From positions 124,001 to 188,000 of IMG/VR virus record IMGVR_UViG_3300005056_000001: a stretch of 64,000 nt of DNA, one strand, 5' to 3'. Shown piece by piece: positions 38,940-49,265 of the stretch. Position numbers and translations under genes: made by a program. The first letter of the stretch is position 1. Every line of letters begins with the position of its first letter. The notes below the pieces were generated by a model, which saw only the letters and a program-made list of their open reading frames with translations, did no database searches and had not been told where the DNA came from.

Positions 38940-39302
38940 ATGACATTCCCAAAATGGATAATTATAGAGGACGAAAACGCCGAGTACCAATTCATTTGGG
39001 GCAAGGTAAACAAACACCGTCAGCTTATTGACTTTAACCTAGACTACGACAAAGAAACTGTCACGGTTATTGGTGGTGGATGGTGGAATATTGTGAAAGA
39101 CGGCTTCTTTGTTTATGGCAACTCGGTACAGTTCGGGGGTTGCGAGGAGAGTGTTGTCGAAAGTGCCATTCTGAACTACATAGAAAACAAGGACGATATA
39201 CAAGTCTATGAACCCATAGACAAATATAATATTTTCCAATCCTTCATGACACATTATCATGATGCCGTGTCTATGGATACATTCACCGAAATAAAGAAAT
39301 GA
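38940..39302 (+). CDS. hypothetical protein, paralog of 38536
   Basis: same motif pattern. Confidence 0.65.
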   Translation: MTFPKWIIIEDENAEYQFIWGKVNKHRQLIDFNLDYDKETVTVIGGGWWNIVKDGFFVYGNSVQFGGCEESVVESAILNYIENKDDIQVYEPIDKYNIFQSFMTHYHDAVSMDTFTEIKK

Positions 39303-39334
39303 GATACCAAGAAAGGTGTCTATAAACAAAAAAC

Positions 39335-40285
39335 ATGATAGATATATATACAGCAGCCGAACGATCAGTCTTAAACAAAATGATCGAGGATTTTAACATC
39401 CAAAATTCGTACAAGAAAGACCGACACCCAAGCGAAAAGGAGTTACTAAGATGGGTTCTCCACAAAAAAATCGGACTAGACACAAACCCACGAAAACATC
39501 CTGTATATCACAAGGATTTAATGTTTTGGTATGAAACATCCTCGGCAATCACCGATTTTCCGAAAGCAGGCGACACAATTAGACTGCGCAATATCGGTTC
39601 CGACACCTTCTTTAGAGATGTTGTCGTAATGGAAAATAATGGATTGTGTGTGTGCCTAACGTATCAGGATAACGAATACACCCTCCGCCTAGACAAGTTC
39701 GGTTCTTGGGGATGGGCACTTTCTAACATAATTGGAAAGGAAAACGAGGATTGGACAGAGGAAGAGCAAAAGCTTTGGAGAGTCGGTGGTCTTATTTACC
39801 ACGAACAACGATACGAGACTGCCTGTCTTGAAAAAGCAAAGACAATTCTTGATAAATCCAACAGGGGGGCAACGAAAGAGCATGAGCTATTGGTGTCAAA
39901 GCTAATGGAGTATGTTAGGTCGGCAAATGAAGAGGTTGTTGCCCATGAAATGAAAGAACGGTGTGTCGTGCCTTGCACAATAGGCGATGCTGTCATTAAT
40001 AGTTATCAAATAGTGCCATCTAATACATCGCCTGACAAAGGTGTGTCGATAGACTGTATTGCGATCTCGGGTTCCTTTATGGGGGAGTCGTTCATGTTTC
40101 ATGTTTTGCCAAATAACATGAATTTGACAGACCCGTCCTCCGACCTTTGGAGTTTTCCTAATAACGAAGACGACGGCTCTGTGATTGGCGAAATCAAGAA
40201 AAACTACACAGATTTTGTATTTTTCATTACCAAGACAATTAATATTTATAAACATAATAACATAAAATTTAATGAAGAATATTAA
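39335..40285 (+). CDS. hypothetical protein
   Basis: C-terminal domain resembles 40272 and 42063. Confidence 0.7.
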   Translation: MIDIYTAAERSVLNKMIEDFNIQNSYKKDRHPSEKELLRWVLHKKIGLDTNPRKHPVYHKDLMFWYETSSAITDFPKAGDTIRLRNIGSDTFFRDVVVMENNGLCVCLTYQDNEYTLRLDKFGSWGWALSNIIGKENEDWTEEEQKLWRVGGLIYHEQRYETACLEKAKTILDKSNRGATKEHELLVSKLMEYVRSANEEVVAHEMKERCVVPCTIGDAVINSYQIVPSNTSPDKGVSIDCIAISGSFMGESFMFHVLPNNMNLTDPSSDLWSFPNNEDDGSVIGEIKKNYTDFVFFITKTINIYKHNNIKFNEEY

Positions 40286-40691
40286 ACACAATAGCGAGGT
40301 AAGGAAGTATCTTGACATTATTGAGGGTCTTGTTTCTGATCTGTCAAAAAACAAATTGAGCAGCCTGCTTGCTGTTCGTAAGATGGGAGATTTGCAGATT
40401 AATGACTGTGAGTTGTGTTATAATAAGGTGTACAACAAAGATATAGGCGAGCTTCAAAAAACGCTTCATACCATACATGTTTTTGCTACCTACAAAGACA
40501 AAAAAATCGAATTTGATATTTATCCGTGGCGTGTGACATTAATGGAATTGAATTTGAATGAGGACAATATCACAATGACAGACGAGCATTTCGACGATAC
40601 ATTACTTTTGGAAATTCAGTCCAACTACAATCATTTTTGTAGGTTTGTGTTGGATTGTATTGAGCTCCACAACGAGATCACTCAGAAGTAA
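40272..40691 (+). CDS. hypothetical protein
   Basis: EI..NY..F..F motif. Confidence 0.65.
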   Translation: MKNIKHNSEVRKYLDIIEGLVSDLSKNKLSSLLAVRKMGDLQINDCELCYNKVYNKDIGELQKTLHTIHVFATYKDKKIEFDIYPWRVTLMELNLNEDNITMTDEHFDDTLLLEIQSNYNHFCRFVLDCIELHNEITQK

Positions 40692-40743
40692 TATTAAGGC
40701 GTTACCAATAAGATATTAAGACACATCCTATATAAAACAAAGA

Positions 40744-41979
40744 ATGATCAAAAAAATAAAAACGGTAGAGTTGTTTGCAGGGGTTGGGGGTTTTAGATTG
40801 GGCTTGGAGAAGTACAATAAGTACGAAATCGTTTGGAGCAACCAATGGGAACCATCCACGAAAAAACAACATGCATCATTGGTGTATGAGGCAAGATTTG
40901 GAACCAAGAACCATTCAAATGAGGACATTGGTTGTGTCCAAACAGAAGAGATACCCGACCATGACCTCCTTGTTGGGGGTTTCCCTTGTCAGGACTATTC
41001 GGTTGCCACAACCCTAAACAATGCCAAGGGTTTGGTGGGGAAAAAGGGGGTTTTGTGGTGGTCTATCCATAGAATACTAAAGGAAAAGGCCCACAAACCA
41101 AAATACTTGTTGTTTGAGAATGTAGACCGACTCTTGAAGTCTCCGTCTAGCCAAAGAGGACGAGACTTTGGGGTTATGCTAAAGAGCCTGTCTGAACTAG
41201 GCTATGCCATTGAATGGCGTGTGGTGAATGCTGCCGAATATGGCATGCCACAAAGAAGACGTCGGGTGTTTTTTATAGGCTATCACAAATCAACAAGCAT
41301 TTATAAAAAACTCGAAAGTGCCAATAAGTCGGAATGGATTACAAAGGACGGCACAATCACAGGCGCATTTCCTGTCAATAGCCAAGAAGAGCCTTGTAAC
41401 AATTTTAAGTTGGATGGTAGCCTTGTCGAGATTACCGAGGACTTCAACAAAGGCGGAAAGATGTCTCCGTTTTTAAACTCGGGTGTGATGATAGACGGAA
41501 ACGTTTACACAACAAAGACTATACCTTTATATGATGGTCGGAAGACAGTCCTTAAAGACATCCTACAAAGCGAGGGTATCGAAGACGAATTCTATATCGA
41601 CGGTAATGACCACGACAGATGGAAATACCTGAAGGGCTCCAAAAAAGAACAACGAACAACCAAGGATGGTTTTACCTATAACTATACCGAAGGATCCATG
41701 ATTTTCCCTGATGCCTTAGACAATGCGTCTAGGACAATTATCACAGGAGAAGGAGGAAAGTCACCCTCACGATTTAAGCACGTCATAGAATCAAAAGAGG
41801 GCCTAAGACGATTGATACCTGTTGAACTAGAGCGATTGAATATGTTTCCTGACGACCACACCAAATTGGATGGTATTTCCAACACAAAACGTGCATTTTT
41901 TATGGGGAATGCCTTGGTTGTGGGAGTGATCGAGAAGTTGGGTGAGGTATTGTTTGAGCGTGTTGGTGGAGATTTGTAA
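40744..41979 (+). CDS. dcm: C5 cytosine DNA methyltransferase, M.Sau3AI-like (probable GATC specificity)
   Basis: ELFAGVGG, VWSNQWEPS, GGFPCQDYSVA, ENVDRLLKSP, QRRRR, MGNALVV. Confidence 0.92.
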   Translation: MIKKIKTVELFAGVGGFRLGLEKYNKYEIVWSNQWEPSTKKQHASLVYEARFGTKNHSNEDIGCVQTEEIPDHDLLVGGFPCQDYSVATTLNNAKGLVGKKGVLWWSIHRILKEKAHKPKYLLFENVDRLLKSPSSQRGRDFGVMLKSLSELGYAIEWRVVNAAEYGMPQRRRRVFFIGYHKSTSIYKKLESANKSEWITKDGTITGAFPVNSQEEPCNNFKLDGSLVEITEDFNKGGKMSPFLNSGVMIDGNVYTTKTIPLYDGRKTVLKDILQSEGIEDEFYIDGNDHDRWKYLKGSKKEQRTTKDGFTYNYTEGSMIFPDALDNASRTIITGEGGKSPSRFKHVIESKEGLRRLIPVELERLNMFPDDHTKLDGISNTKRAFFMGNALVVGVIEKLGEVLFERVGGDL

Positions 41980-42062
41980 GGAGTCTAATTACTCAAGAAA
42001 TTTATAGGAGATTTTTTAACAACAAAGCTTTTCGGTGCAAGAAAGGCAATAACACTAATATA

Positions 42063-42662
42063 ATGAACACAAAAATATTACCAAGAACAATTGGCAAGGT
42101 AGAGTATATACAACATTTAGGTATCGAATCCGAGATACCTTCTTTGAACACCGATACAACATGGATGAAACGGCTAATCCTCTTTGTAAAAATAGAAGGT
42201 AAAGAATATCAGATTGAGGTTAATCCTGTTGCAATGATGGGGAAAACGTATGACCTGTCAAGAAGTTATGTGACGGAAAATGATGTGTTGGTAGACTTTA
42301 AAAAACAGATTGAAATTCTTTCCGAAATAGCAAAACATTACGAATTTTTTGTACGTATGGTTTTTGATCTTGTGCTTGAAAGACAAGACGATGTGTCTAA
42401 AGACCCGATTTTTCATGCAGACATCAAAAACGTTACTGTCACGGAAGACAAAGTCCTAGGACATGTCAGTATCGACATAAACGGTGTGTTGGTGCACGAG
42501 GGTACTTATGACACATTCGACTCTGATATTATTGGAACGGAATGGGGGAGCTTCAAAACCCACAAAATACTGACAAATAATATATGTGAAAGTCTTACGG
42601 CTGACGGAGGCTTTGTTGTGCTTACAAAAACACCACCGATAAAAACCAAAATTAAAAATTAA
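42063..42662 (+). CDS. hypothetical protein
   Basis: EIAKHYEFFVRMV similar to 40272. Confidence 0.65.
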   Translation: MNTKILPRTIGKVEYIQHLGIESEIPSLNTDTTWMKRLILFVKIEGKEYQIEVNPVAMMGKTYDLSRSYVTENDVLVDFKKQIEILSEIAKHYEFFVRMVFDLVLERQDDVSKDPIFHADIKNVTVTEDKVLGHVSIDINGVLVHEGTYDTFDSDIIGTEWGSFKTHKILTNNICESLTADGGFVVLTKTPPIKTKIKN

Positions 42663-42666
42663 AATT

Positions 42667-42891
42667 ATGGAATTTACAGGAAATTATAATTTGTGTGGTG
42701 ATTGTAATCATATTTACGACTTCAACGATGTGTGTCCCGAATGCTCGAGTAATGATATTCAAGACATTAACAGTAATGAAGTTAAGGAGTTCATAGGAAA
42801 AGGGAATGTCAAGGAGGATATAAGACTAAAAACTATGTTAATACGCCATGATGATTACGTATTAAAGCCATTGACCGTTTTGGGTAAATAG
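42667..42891 (+). CDS. zinc-ribbon protein
   Basis: CGDC...CPEC. Confidence 0.65.
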   Translation: MEFTGNYNLCGDCNHIYDFNDVCPECSSNDIQDINSNEVKEFIGKGNVKEDIRLKTMLIRHDDYVLKPLTVLGK

Positions 42892-42956
42892 TAGATTAAC
42901 GAATGTCACCTCCTGTGCACATAAAAAAAATTATTACAAACTAAGTTAACACAACA

Positions 42957-43613
42957 ATGAAAAAATCAAAATTCTATAATACAGATTACTGTACTCCACA
43001 ATTGGATGCCAATGCAATACTAATAGATACCAATATAGACGATCGAAAACTTTTGCTTCGTGTTTGTACAGAACTGAAAAATTGTATTAGCAAGACTGTT
43101 CGCCAAGAAGAGGACAAAAGGCTAGAGGACGTTATTCTAGTCTGTGAAACCATGATAGTGAACACATATGTAGACGAATCTAAAGATATAACAGAGTATG
43201 ATGTGTCCACATTCAAGAGAGGTTTAGTGGGGGCCATAAACGACAGTATTTGGATAATCAAAGACATCTGCAAAAACATCAAATGGGACAACTGCAACAG
43301 ACACGAAAATTCCTACGAGAAGTTTTGTGCAATACTGTCCTTGCTAAATGGTGACATTGATTCTGACCTGAGCACGCTTAATATCCTTATGGAGGACGAT
43401 AGTTCGTGTGAGATGTGCTGTGTAAGTTTGGAGGGTGAGACCATCATGGAGGGTAATTATTGGGACTTTCATAATGGCTGTCATGGACTAAATAAATATC
43501 TTAGGTTTGACACTAGACGTGAACTCGTTGGTTGTCTGAAAAGTTATTATCAGGGCATGGGATTCAAGGTTAATAGCAGCAATACTACATATGATTACGA
43601 GAGTAAGTATTAG
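42957..43613 (+). CDS. hypothetical protein
   Basis: ORF. Confidence 0.65.
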   Translation: MKKSKFYNTDYCTPQLDANAILIDTNIDDRKLLLRVCTELKNCISKTVRQEEDKRLEDVILVCETMIVNTYVDESKDITEYDVSTFKRGLVGAINDSIWIIKDICKNIKWDNCNRHENSYEKFCAILSLLNGDIDSDLSTLNILMEDDSSCEMCCVSLEGETIMEGNYWDFHNGCHGLNKYLRFDTRRELVGCLKSYYQGMGFKVNSSNTTYDYESKY

Positions 43614-43635
43614 TACAAAACCAACATAAAACATA

Positions 43636-44157
43636 ATGAAAGAACTGATTAAAGAGGTCGAGGTCGCCATGGAGTCCCTTAAAGACTACAATAAATTCAA
43701 ACACCTTTACTCCGACGACGGTGCCGAGCGAGAACTTGCCGAGTTGCGCAGGACGTTGGGCACTATCTCGAATAGACTAAAGCTGTCAAGTGTACGCAAG
43801 GTAGAACACCCAAGCAACAAGGCATATGAAACAGCAGGATCCCGCCAAGGGAAAATGGTCAGGATCAGGCCATGTGCCAAGGAGTGCGAAGATAAAACTT
43901 ATCTCGGTATTTTGATTGGAGAAATCGCCTCTTCTTCCAAGATGAGAATTTTGGACAAGGATACCATACAGGTCGATTTTTGTAGACACAACCCTGCAAT
44001 TTTTGTTCCTAAACTAGGAAAGGTAATATTCGGATACGAAAGTTGGTGGGGCGTTATCAAAACAGAGGACGACCTAAAAAGCATAACAAACAAAAACATT
44101 CAGGACGTTTGGTACGTTAAGATGTTAAACGAACTTAACAAACAATCCGATGAATGA
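43636..44157 (+). CDS. conserved phage hypothetical protein
   Basis: IRPC...KTYLGILIG...NPAIFVP...ESWWG. Confidence 0.7.
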   Translation: MKELIKEVEVAMESLKDYNKFKHLYSDDGAERELAELRRTLGTISNRLKLSSVRKVEHPSNKAYETAGSRQGKMVRIRPCAKECEDKTYLGILIGEIASSSKMRILDKDTIQVDFCRHNPAIFVPKLGKVIFGYESWWGVIKTEDDLKSITNKNIQDVWYVKMLNELNKQSDE

Positions 44158-44368
44158 ACAAACCATGCTCCTTGAGTACAATGATGCCTTAATAAGGGCC
44201 AAAAAGAGGTTCCAAGAAGAATTTGTATTGGACACAAGCCTGTCTCCCGAAAAACAAACCGAAATGTTGTTGACACAGGAGGTCGAATTAATGGCCGAGG
44301 AAACAATACCAATTTTCAAAAAATGGCTAGACGAAATGAAGGAAGAAATACTTTCAGAAATCTCATAA
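44150..44368 (+). CDS. hypothetical protein
   Basis: ORF. Confidence 0.55.
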   Translation: MNEQTMLLEYNDALIRAKKRFQEEFVLDTSLSPEKQTEMLLTQEVELMAEETIPIFKKWLDEMKEEILSEIS

Positions 44369-44377
44369 ATACAAATA

Positions 44378-44671
44378 ATGTCCACAAACCATAAAGCAAG
44401 CCCCGAAGATATATTTTCCGAGACCCGTCAACGTTTATTAGACGGAGAATTAGGATACGACGACGCTCAGAATTGGCTCAGAGAGAAGCACAGAAAACAT
44501 GTATGTATTTTGTGGAGTGTGAAGATAAAATCTTTCTACGGGGAATTTTGTGACATGGGCTTGGGTACGGTCACAAGCTATAAAATCAACAGCAAAATCG
44601 TGTTCAGTGATGATTACGATTTGTTGCTGTTTGATTGTATTGATTATGTGCTTTCTTTGACAAAAAAATGA
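44378..44671 (+). CDS. hypothetical protein
   Basis: WLREKH motif seen in Bacteroidota phage proteins. Confidence 0.6.
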   Translation: MSTNHKASPEDIFSETRQRLLDGELGYDDAQNWLREKHRKHVCILWSVKIKSFYGEFCDMGLGTVTSYKINSKIVFSDDYDLLLFDCIDYVLSLTKK

Positions 44672-44681
44672 TTAAATAGCA

Positions 44682-44954
44682 ATGAACAAGCAATTTAGAA
44701 CAATCGAAAAATGCGATAAAGGAATTGAATGGATTTTATTATGCGAATATAGTGAACATCACATGAAAGTTATTGAACAACATTTGTTGCATAATGAAAA
44801 GGGATGGGATATGTTTAACAATTCTGCATATTTTGGGAGTCCTTTGGAAGCATTATATATGATTCAAAATGAAAACAGTATATCAAAATATTTGACTGAT
44901 GAAAGAACACAGGAAATTCTCGCATTGATTGAAAACGATGATAGTGAAGATTGA
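44682..44954 (+). CDS. hypothetical protein
   Basis: ORF. Confidence 0.55.
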   Translation: MNKQFRTIEKCDKGIEWILLCEYSEHHMKVIEQHLLHNEKGWDMFNNSAYFGSPLEALYMIQNENSISKYLTDERTQEILALIENDDSED

Positions 44955-44991
44955 AATTTAAGAAATGAAATAAACCACTTTAAATAAATTA

Positions 44992-45219
44992 ATGAAAAAG
45001 TTATTATTATTATGCTGTCTATGTGTATCCTGCAACGATTTTAATCCACATTATGGATGTTTTGTTGTAAAGGAAATGGAGGCTCATACTAGATCAAGAA
45101 TGCGTTATCAATTAACACCGATTCAAGGACGTGGGAACATGTACCTATACGCAAGCCCTAACCAATACCTCATTGGTGACACGGTTTGTTTGGAAGGATT
45201 ATCGGTACAAAAAAAATAA
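44992..45219 (+). CDS. putative small lipoprotein
   Basis: MKKLLLLCCLCVSC lipobox-like signal. Confidence 0.55.
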   Translation: MKKLLLLCCLCVSCNDFNPHYGCFVVKEMEAHTRSRMRYQLTPIQGRGNMYLYASPNQYLIGDTVCLEGLSVQKK

Positions 45220-45388
45220 TCATGACAAACATAAAACTCCTAGTCAAGAAGTCCCAACAAGAAAATGTCGAGAATCGCAAAAACATGTACGACAATATAG
45301 GAAAGCCCACAGGTGAAATCATCCCAAGCAGCAACACCCATTACCTAAACATGCTGAGTGGGCTCTTTGAAATCTTAAACAAAAACAA

Positions 45389-45721
45389 ATGAATCAAAAA
45401 GTAAAAGAAATTCCTAGCCAATCCATAGAACTTGCCACGTCTTTGGGTTTTATCTATGACAATGAACCAACGAACTATTCGGCGATATTCAATTGGATAA
45501 GGGATGTTTATGGCCTATCCTGCACGGTTTCGATGAACCATGACTATAGCGGTTATTTCTTCATGATAAACGTGTTGTCCAAAAAAATTAAATGGTATGT
45601 CCTAGAAGATGACCTGAAGACCATAAAGTTGGAGAAAAGCTATTACATTATACAGGATATGGGGCTTGAGTCTATCTTAAGGCATATTAAGGAGACATAC
45701 CCGCTTGGTTATAGCATATAA
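45389..45721 (+). CDS. hypothetical protein
   Basis: LGF...P....F.WIR motif. Confidence 0.6.
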   Translation: MNQKVKEIPSQSIELATSLGFIYDNEPTNYSAIFNWIRDVYGLSCTVSMNHDYSGYFFMINVLSKKIKWYVLEDDLKTIKLEKSYYIIQDMGLESILRHIKETYPLGYSI

Positions 45722-45728
45722 CAGTCTT

Positions 45729-46403
45729 ATGGAAAAACAACAAAATCGCATACTCGGGAAAAACTATCGTAGCATCCGACACATTTTTGGATCCAAAAAT
45801 CCTGATAGTGACAAGTATCTTGACCCGATAAAACAAGCTTTTCTTACCAAGAAACATCGTGGTAATGACCTAATAATCAACCTAGAAAAATATGATGGCA
45901 CCAATACAGGAGTCGTAAAGGTGGATGATATAATCTATCCGATTACAAGACAAGGATATAAGGCCACGTCTTCTCCTTTCCGAATGCACCACGACTTTGC
46001 CGATTGGGTAAAATTCGAGGACGGTATTTTTGATTTTCTAAAAAATGGAGAACGTCTTGTTTTTGAATGGTTGGGGTCTCATGGACTTTCTTATAGCGGA
46101 GGAAATATTGTCTTGTTGGACATGTTTGACTCAAACAACAAACGAGTACCGTTTTTTGACCTCATAAACCTACATTGCAAGGTTCCGTTGGCTAGGGTAC
46201 TCCACATGGGGCGACAGATTTCTATAGACGATTCTATGGCACTATTAATGGACTCCCATACCCATGACATTAAATGCAATGATACGCCCGAGGGTATGGT
46301 TTACAGAAGAGAAGTCGAGGGTAAATTTGACTATATGGGTAAATTCGTCAGACACGACTTTGAGGCAGGCAAAAATTTTAATATAATCGAACAAACAATA
46401 TAA
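45729..46403 (+). CDS. RNA ligase (Rnl2-like nucleotidyltransferase domain)
   Basis: EKYDGTN (motif I), FEW, EGMVYR, KFVR. Confidence 0.75.
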   Translation: MEKQQNRILGKNYRSIRHIFGSKNPDSDKYLDPIKQAFLTKKHRGNDLIINLEKYDGTNTGVVKVDDIIYPITRQGYKATSSPFRMHHDFADWVKFEDGIFDFLKNGERLVFEWLGSHGLSYSGGNIVLLDMFDSNNKRVPFFDLINLHCKVPLARVLHMGRQISIDDSMALLMDSHTHDIKCNDTPEGMVYRREVEGKFDYMGKFVRHDFEAGKNFNIIEQTI

Positions 46404-46408
46404 CGAAC

Positions 46409-46828
46409 ATGAAATTTAAAATTGAAACATGCACAGAGATGTCCGACAATAACAACATGTCCCAAGAAGATATAGACGCAAAACAGCAGAAACTTGCCGA
46501 GGAAGGCATGAATGATTACATGGACTATATGCACGAAGCATCCCAAGCCCGCATTTTTCATAACAACGAAATCCTAAACACCATTTTTAAGGAAAAGGGC
46601 GAGGCGTTTCACCAAGACCTCTTGGCATACTGTGTGGGCTTGGAAAATATCGGAAAAGTTAGCATAAAATCAGAGCCAATTGGTACCATACAAAAAGAGG
46701 ATTGTGGCCAAATAGAACATGTATGGATTACGCAAACAACAGGATTTTTCGGGGATGATTTCCATGGTACTGCCTGTATTAAATTGTCCGAAAAACGTTA
46801 TCTTCATGTGCCATATTCAATGACGTAA
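46409..46828 (+). CDS. hypothetical protein
   Basis: ORF. Confidence 0.6.
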   Translation: MKFKIETCTEMSDNNNMSQEDIDAKQQKLAEEGMNDYMDYMHEASQARIFHNNEILNTIFKEKGEAFHQDLLAYCVGLENIGKVSIKSEPIGTIQKEDCGQIEHVWITQTTGFFGDDFHGTACIKLSEKRYLHVPYSMT

Positions 46829-46839
46829 TCAATAATATC

Positions 46840-47034
46840 ATGGAAAATATATACGAATACAAGAATAAAAAATATCGCATTTTTTCTGAAAGTAAAATGA
46901 AGCTTGATGGTGTTTGGGAAGATTGTATAATTTATCAAACTCTGTATCATAACCCTGACGGATGGATATGGGTCAGAACAAAAGAGGAATTTTTTAAATT
47001 GTTTACTGTTGTTTCAACAACCCCCAAAGTATAA
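46840..47034 (+). CDS. DUF1653-like small protein
   Basis: YK.KKY...IIYQ.LY....WVR..EEF. Confidence 0.6.
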   Translation: MENIYEYKNKKYRIFSESKMKLDGVWEDCIIYQTLYHNPDGWIWVRTKEEFFKLFTVVSTTPKV

Positions 47035-47435
47035 TGAAAAAATACGAGGACAAAGAAAGTATAAAGAAGAATGCAAAGGATCGATGGAAAAACATTCTTG
47101 AGGAGCATGACAATCCCAAGCCTATAGACCCGACCACCAAGGAAAATACCAAGGCTCTTGATGTGTTGATAGTAAAGTACAAAGACCTTAAAGAGTTGGC
47201 GGCAAAAAACTTGGAATTATTCAGGTCAACAAAAGAAGAGGACGAATACTTTGCCGTGTGGAATGTATACAGTTTGATTCTCTTTGACTTGGAGGACATG
47301 CGGATGTCTAGTTGGAACATGCGACTTGTGCCCTGCAAGACGTCGAGAGTGTATGCAAAAACAGTACCACAAGACCAAGTACCCGTAAGCAACGATATTG
47401 CCAAGAATGATCCACCCGAACAAGCATCCGAATGA
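47034..47435 (+). CDS. hypothetical protein
   Basis: ORF. Confidence 0.55.
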   Translation: MKKYEDKESIKKNAKDRWKNILEEHDNPKPIDPTTKENTKALDVLIVKYKDLKELAAKNLELFRSTKEEDEYFAVWNVYSLILFDLEDMRMSSWNMRLVPCKTSRVYAKTVPQDQVPVSNDIAKNDPPEQASE

Positions 47436-47767
47436 AATATAAAACCTACCTAAAAAACAGGACGCTTTTTGAGAAACGCTACCTTGAAGATGAACACAAA
47501 CGGTTTTTATGTAAGGGTTTGCTTGTGGAACTGCTAAATAGTATCCATAACAAGGCCCTGTTTTTCATGGTGTATTCCTATGACAGGAAAATGCAGGGTT
47601 CTATGGTACTAAGGTGTTTGGACACAAAAAGATTTGTGACAATTACGGGTCAGAACATGTCGGCACTGACAAGCCTTGATCTAACAAGGTCTTGTTTTGA
47701 TACGTATGGAGAAGTCGAGTATGACAGAATTATAAAATTTTGTAAGCAAAAAAGTAATAAAAAATGA
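47432..47767 (+). CDS. hypothetical protein
   Basis: ORF. Confidence 0.55.
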   Translation: MKYKTYLKNRTLFEKRYLEDEHKRFLCKGLLVELLNSIHNKALFFMVYSYDRKMQGSMVLRCLDTKRFVTITGQNMSALTSLDLTRSCFDTYGEVEYDRIIKFCKQKSNKK

Positions 47768-47967
47768 GTTATAATCCACCCGAGTGTTCTGATGATTTTG
47801 AACAGATTCAGAATATGTCGGACATGAGTCGATTAATGCAGGATACCACAAAGGCCTTTACCGAATTATTGAGTCTGTCACTGTCAGCAGCACTGTCAAG
47901 TATCGAGACTCTTTCAATGCCACACACGAATGAAAACACCGACAACAACACACCCGAGGAGGATTAA
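47764..47967 (+). CDS. hypothetical protein
   Basis: ORF. Confidence 0.5.
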   Translation: MSYNPPECSDDFEQIQNMSDMSRLMQDTTKAFTELLSLSLSAALSSIETLSMPHTNENTDNNTPEED

Positions 47968-48001
47968 CATCCTCCTACCAAACAATAAAAAGACACTATG
48001 T

Positions 48002-48361
48002 CTAGGTCAACAAGGTTTTTATGTCTTGTTTTAGCCTAGTCATAGTGTCAGATTGTTGAAGCTCGCTGTCAGATGTTTCCTTTTCCAATATTCGGAGAGT
48101 ACCAAGCAGACATTCCATTTGTGCAATGTCTAATTCTAAAAGATAATTTCCTGATGTATTAAAAAAGTAATCCTTCATTGCCGCAATTCCGTGCTTTCCA
48201 CAGTCGTCGAAGTTGCCCAAGCATATATTATAGACATACGTTGTGGATATCGGGAATATGTTTAGCGGGTCATCCTTTTTTAGTCTTGAATACACGGCAG
48301 GCGAGATGTGCAGGTCTTCTATTGCCTTTACGGTTCTTTGTTTTAGCTCTTCGTTGTTCAT
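48002..48361 (-). CDS. hypothetical protein
   Basis: last gene of the minus-strand early operon. Confidence 0.6.
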   Translation of the reverse strand: MNNEELKQRTVKAIEDLHISPAVYSRLKKDDPLNIFPISTTYVYNICLGNFDDCGKHGIAAMKDYFFNTSGNYLLELDIAQMECLLGTLRILEKETSDSELQQSDTMTRLKQDIKTLLT

Positions 48362-48861
48362 TTTCCTTTTCTTTTGATCTTAAAAATATAATTACAGCCA
48401 TAGGTCAGCATAGTCACATTGAATTTTAGAATATAGATGGATGCCGTCCCTAGTTTCTGCAAAACAAAACCACCACCAATATAAATTCCACTGTGGATAA
48501 GCTCTACGCAATGTCCAAGATTTTTCCCGAAAAGAATGCTATCGCCCTTCTTAAGTGTGTTTCTGTCTACCTTTGAGACGTCTGTTTTTTCGAACAAGTA
48601 TTCCTTTTTTATTGGGTCTAGGCTTTTGTGTTCTGTTACTTCTGTTGTGAAGTTGTGACAGTTTTTGTACCTGAACCGTTTTTCGTTGCAGAAGCGTCCA
48701 AGGTTAGCCTGTTGTTGTCGGGGTAGTCCTACCGCCTTGTTGTCAATTTTTATATCCACCTTCCCGACATTCTGATCAGGAATTTCAATTTCTCTTGCCT
48801 TGTACATATAGCCATTAAAGGACTCTTTTGTTTTGGTGTTTTTTGCCTTTAGGAATTTCAT
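48358..48861 (-). CDS. NlpC/P60 (papain-fold)-like Cys-His protein
   Basis: NCHNF...KKGD.ILF...HSGIYIG. Confidence 0.55.
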   Translation of the reverse strand: MKFLKAKNTKTKESFNGYMYKAREIEIPDQNVGKVDIKIDNKAVGLPRQQQANLGRFCNEKRFRYKNCHNFTTEVTEHKSLDPIKKEYLFEKTDVSKVDRNTLKKGDSILFGKNLGHCVELIHSGIYIGGGFVLQKLGTASIYILKFNVTMLTYGCNYIFKIKRKGK

Positions 48862-49211
48862 TTAAATCTTTTTGTACGAACCTCATTTCTAAGGTTCTGT
48901 AGGTCAATCTGTAGGTCAGGCTCAAACACAAAGCCTGTTTCTGTTCTGACAGCCCAACGGATTATTGGGAATGTGCCAAACAAACCGTGCCATATGGCCA
49001 AGAATGGTGCAACTGCCGTGCTCATGCTAGGAAGTATGATTGTGGCTGTCTGTCCTGCCTTTAAGTCCTCGAACTCGTCGAGTTCTAGCAGTATTGTTTC
49101 TAGTTGGTTTATTAATGTTTCGGGGGAGGTTTGATCCAACATACCTACCTTTGGTTGGTGGGTTGTTCCGTTGACTATGGCAGGATGCCCCGAGAAGTTT
49201 AGTATTTGCAT
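48858..49211 (-). CDS. csx15: Csx15-family protein (CRISPR type III ancillary homolog), stand-alone
   Basis: ILNFSGHP...IILP....A...LA..HG..G.FP.IR...DLQ.LR...R.KR. Confidence 0.8.
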   Translation of the reverse strand: MQILNFSGHPAIVNGTTHQPKVGMLDQTSPETLINQLETILLELDEFEDLKAGQTATIILPSMSTAVAPFLAIWHGLFGTFPIIRWAVRTETGFVFEPDLQIDLQNLRNEVRTKRFK

Positions 49212-49265
49212 TTTTTGATTTTTAAGGTGGATGTAAGTGGTTTTGTTGCTTGGGTGGTCGTGCTA

